Source: Tagaea sp.
GTDB lineage: Bacteria; Pseudomonadota; Alphaproteobacteria; CACIAM-22H2
Assembly: GCA_965279525.1 (NCBI GenBank)
Contig: CBDIIB010000004.1
Location: 832,001 to 896,000 of the forward strand
Length of the DNA stretch: 64,000 nucleotides
Direction of reading: 5' to 3'
The notes under the pieces are model-generated. The model worked only from the letters and a program-made list of their open reading frames with translations, ran no database searches and was not told the DNA's origin. The number at the start of each line of letters is the position of its first letter. The stretch's first letter is position 1. Shown piece after piece: positions 61,488 through 64,000 of this stretch. A program made the translations under genes and the position numbers.

Positions 61488-62766
61488 TCGCGCCGGCGAT
61501 GTCGGCGCCATCGCTTTTCGCGAGCGACAGGTCGACATCGAGCAGCACGGCATCGCGCAGGACCGCGCGCGTGAAATTGGCGTCGAGGACATTGGCGCGA
61601 TGCAGGTTGGCGCCGGCGAAATCGCAATCCTGGAAATTCGCGTCGGCAAGATTGGCCGGCCACAGGCGGCCCGAGGGCTGGCCGTTGGGCATCGGCATGT
61701 TGACCGGAGCAAGCGATGCCTTGGCAAAGGTAGCACCTTGCGCATCCGCACGGCTCATGTTGACGCCGTTGAGATTCGCCTCCGAGAAGTCCGCACCTTT
61801 GAGGTCGGAACCGGTCATGTCGCACATGATGAGCTGCGCCTTGACCAGCTTGGTGCCCTGGAGATTGGCACCGGTGAGCGTGGCGCCAGACAGGTTCGCA
61901 TTGGAAAAGTCGAGACCCTTGAGGTCGGCCTTCGTGAAGTCGGCACGGCGTCCCACGCGGCCTTCCGACTTGATCCAGAGCTGGTGGTCACGAAGCTGGG
62001 CCTGGACCGCGTCGGACAGCGCTTCCTGCTGGGCGACCATGTTGGCGCCCTGCGTGTTCGCGCGATGCATGTCGACGCCGTTGAGATTGGCGCCGATCAG
62101 GTTCGCATCGCGGAAATCCGCACCGTCGATGATGGCGCCGGACAGATCGACGCCCTTGAGGTTTGCGCCGGCAAGATTGGCGCCCATGATGTTCGCGCCC
62201 TTGAGGTTCGCGGTCTCGAGGTTGGCGCGTGCCATCGATGCCATCTCGAGATTGCAACCGGCAAGCCGTGCGCCCGAACAATCGGCTTCCGTCAGGTTGG
62301 CCTTCGACAGGTCGGCACCCTGCGCGTTCGCCTTGGCGAGGATGGCCTGCTCGAGGTCCGACCCCTGCAGGTCGGCCGAGACGAGAGCGATGCCGTCGCC
62401 GCGGCGCGACTGCATCAGCGTGCCGCCGCGCAGGTCGGCACCGCGAAGATTGGCGCCTCGCATGCGGCAACCGCGCAAGTAGGCGCCGCGCAGATCGGCC
62501 TTGGACAAGTTCGCGAGGCTGAGGTCGGCGCGATCGAAATTCACAGCAAAGAGATCGGCTTCCGACAGGTCGGCACCGGCAAGCACCGCACGCGACAGAT
62601 TTGCGCCCGGCATCTTCGCCTGTCGCAGGTTGGCACGGGAAAGCGAGATGCCGTGCATGTCGGCCAACGTCAGGTTGGCGCGAACCCCGCCAGGCTTGCG
62701 ATTGAGGAACTTCTCATGATCCGAAAGGATCTTGACGATTTCCTGTGGTGAGAGCGGACCCGGCAT
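61474..62766 (-). CDS. Two-module pentapeptide-repeat protein (paralog of 29372-30565)
   Basis: LSDHEKFL...GVRA and LRDHQLWIKSEGRVGRRA helical caps, each followed by A(D/N)L repeats. Confidence 0.93.
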   Translation of the reverse strand: MPGPLSPQEIVKILSDHEKFLNRKPGGVRANLTLADMHGISLSRANLRQAKMPGANLSRAVLAGADLSEADLFAVNFDRADLSLANLSKADLRGAYLRGCRMRGANLRGADLRGGTLMQSRRGDGIALVSADLQGSDLEQAILAKANAQGADLSKANLTEADCSGARLAGCNLEMASMARANLETANLKGANIMGANLAGANLKGVDLSGAIIDGADFRDANLIGANLNGVDMHRANTQGANMVAQQEALSDAVQAQLRDHQLWIKSEGRVGRRADFTKADLKGLDFSNANLSGATLTGANLQGTKLVKAQLIMCDMTGSDLKGADFSEANLNGVNMSRADAQGATFAKASLAPVNMPMPNGQPSGRLWPANLADANFQDCDFAGANLHRANVLDANFTRAVLRDAVLLDVDLSLAKSDGADIAGAIMKR

Positions 62767-62810
62767 AAATTCGCTTTTTTGAGTGTTTCTGGTGCTTTAC
62801 CCACCTTACG

Positions 62811-64000
62811 TCAGCGCGGCGACCGGGGCAAGTCACGCCCCCGCCGGGGACCTTTTCCGATACCCAGCCCACGCCCTTTCCGGATGGCCGTACTACCGAA
62901 TTTCCCGCGAACGGCATCGATCGCCTTTTCGACGGCCGCAAGCTTCGGATCGTCGGCGCTGGCGGCCGTGGCGGGCGTGAAAAGGTCGGTCTGGGCAGGT
63001 ATGCCGCCCGGTTCGGCAAGCTCCGAAGCCCCGACCCCGATCAGCCGGTAGCGGCGCTGGCGGTCCGCCGCTACCTCGCGCGCCAGAAGCGGCTGTGCCG
63101 CCCTGTACAGCGTCTCTGCCAGCTGCGTACCGGCAGAAAGCGTCACACGACGGGTCAGCAGACGGAAATCGGCGGTCTTGAGCTTGAGCTGGACCGTCCG
63201 GCCGGCAAGGTGATGCTTCTTGAGGCGCTCGGCGACTTCCTCGGCCAGGGGCCATAGCTCGGCCTCGAGATCTTCGATCCGGCCGAGGTCCTGGAGGAAC
63301 GTCGTCTCCGCCGAAATCGTCTTGGCTTCGCGCTCGGGCTCGACCGCTCGGTCGTCGCGCCCTTCGGCGATCTGGGCCAGCCACCGCCCCGTCTCCGCGT
63401 AGCGCCGGACGAGTGCCGCCTCTCCCGCTTTCTGGATGTCGCCGATGGAACCGTAGCCGTCTTCGGCAAGGCGCTGCGCGAATTTCGGCCCGACGCCGGG
63501 CAGGATCCGCAGCGGCCTCGCCGCCAGGAACGCACGCGCCTCGGCGCGGCCGACCACCCCGAAGCCACGCGGTTTCTCCAGTTCGGACGCGAGCTTCGCC
63601 ATCAGCTTGTTGAACGAAAGCCCGATCGACACGGTGATGCCGATCTCGTCCTCGATACGGCGAGCGACCTTCGCAAGCACGAAAGCCGGCGGCGCATGAT
63701 GGAGTGCCTGGGTTCCCGAAAGATCGAGATACGCCTCGTCGAGCGACAGCGCCTCGACCAGCGGCGTGACGGTCTCGAAGACCGCCTGCACTTCGCGCGA
63801 GACTGACGCATACTTTGCCATATTCGGCCGGACGACGGTCGCGTGCGGGCACAGCTGCAGCGCCTTGAACATCGGCATCGCCGAACGCACGCCATAAGTG
63901 CGCGCGATATAGCAGGCCGTCGAGACCACGCCCCGCTTGCCGCCACCGATGATCGTCGGTTTATCGACAAGAGAAGGATCGTCACGCTTCTCGATCGACG
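62811..64000 (-). CDS. dinB: DNA polymerase IV (5'-truncated by window)
   Basis: Frame open to window end (SIEKRDDP...RGVVSTACY); SLDEAYLD catalytic motif, AKLAS, SAETTF. Confidence 0.96.
   Translation of the reverse strand, partial: SIEKRDDPSLVDKPTIIGGGKRGVVSTACYIARTYGVRSAMPMFKALQLCPHATVVRPNMAKYASVSREVQAVFETVTPLVEALSLDEAYLDLSGTQALHHAPPAFVLAKVARRIEDEIGITVSIGLSFNKLMAKLASELEKPRGFGVVGRAEARAFLAARPLRILPGVGPKFAQRLAEDGYGSIGDIQKAGEAALVRRYAETGRWLAQIAEGRDDRAVEPEREAKTISAETTFLQDLGRIEDLEAELWPLAEEVAERLKKHHLAGRTVQLKLKTADFRLLTRRVTLSAGTQLAETLYRAAQPLLAREVAADRQRRYRLIGVGASELAEPGGIPAQTDLFTPATAASADDPKLAAVEKAIDAVRGKFGSTAIRKGRGLGIGKGPRRGRDLPRSPR

Overview
GC-rich chromosomal segment from an alphaproteobacterium (gene content and order look Rhodospirillales-like; this is inference). 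About 60 CDS and one tRNA-Val(CAC), mostly core metabolism: purL-bolA-grxD, rpsD, a tightly coupled DAHP synthase-NAPRTase-nadE-gltX-cysS-cimA-trmJ run, glmU-glmS-gabD-gor, a Liv-type ABC transporter, ppc, speD-speE and a truncated dinB. I saw no integrase, transposase, prophage or CRISPR array. The most unusual part is 28-37.4 kb. It holds a translationally coupled four-gene operon: a cobalamin-dependent radical SAM enzyme, a GDP-fucose-synthase-like reductase lacking both epimerase residues, a SAM methyltransferase and an atypical GT4, preceded by tandem CtrA-like boxes. Next come a degenerate Smr-like protein, a class III nucleotide cyclase with a remodelled base-recognition pocket, and one of two paralogous two-module pentapeptide-repeat proteins. 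Other points: candidate cis-regulatory RNA structures (NCS2 permease, speD and rpsD leaders), a strong orphan promoter between convergent genes, and two adjacent frameshifted genes (parA-like and tsaC), probably assembly errors. All calls come from motif recognition by eye; no searches were run.
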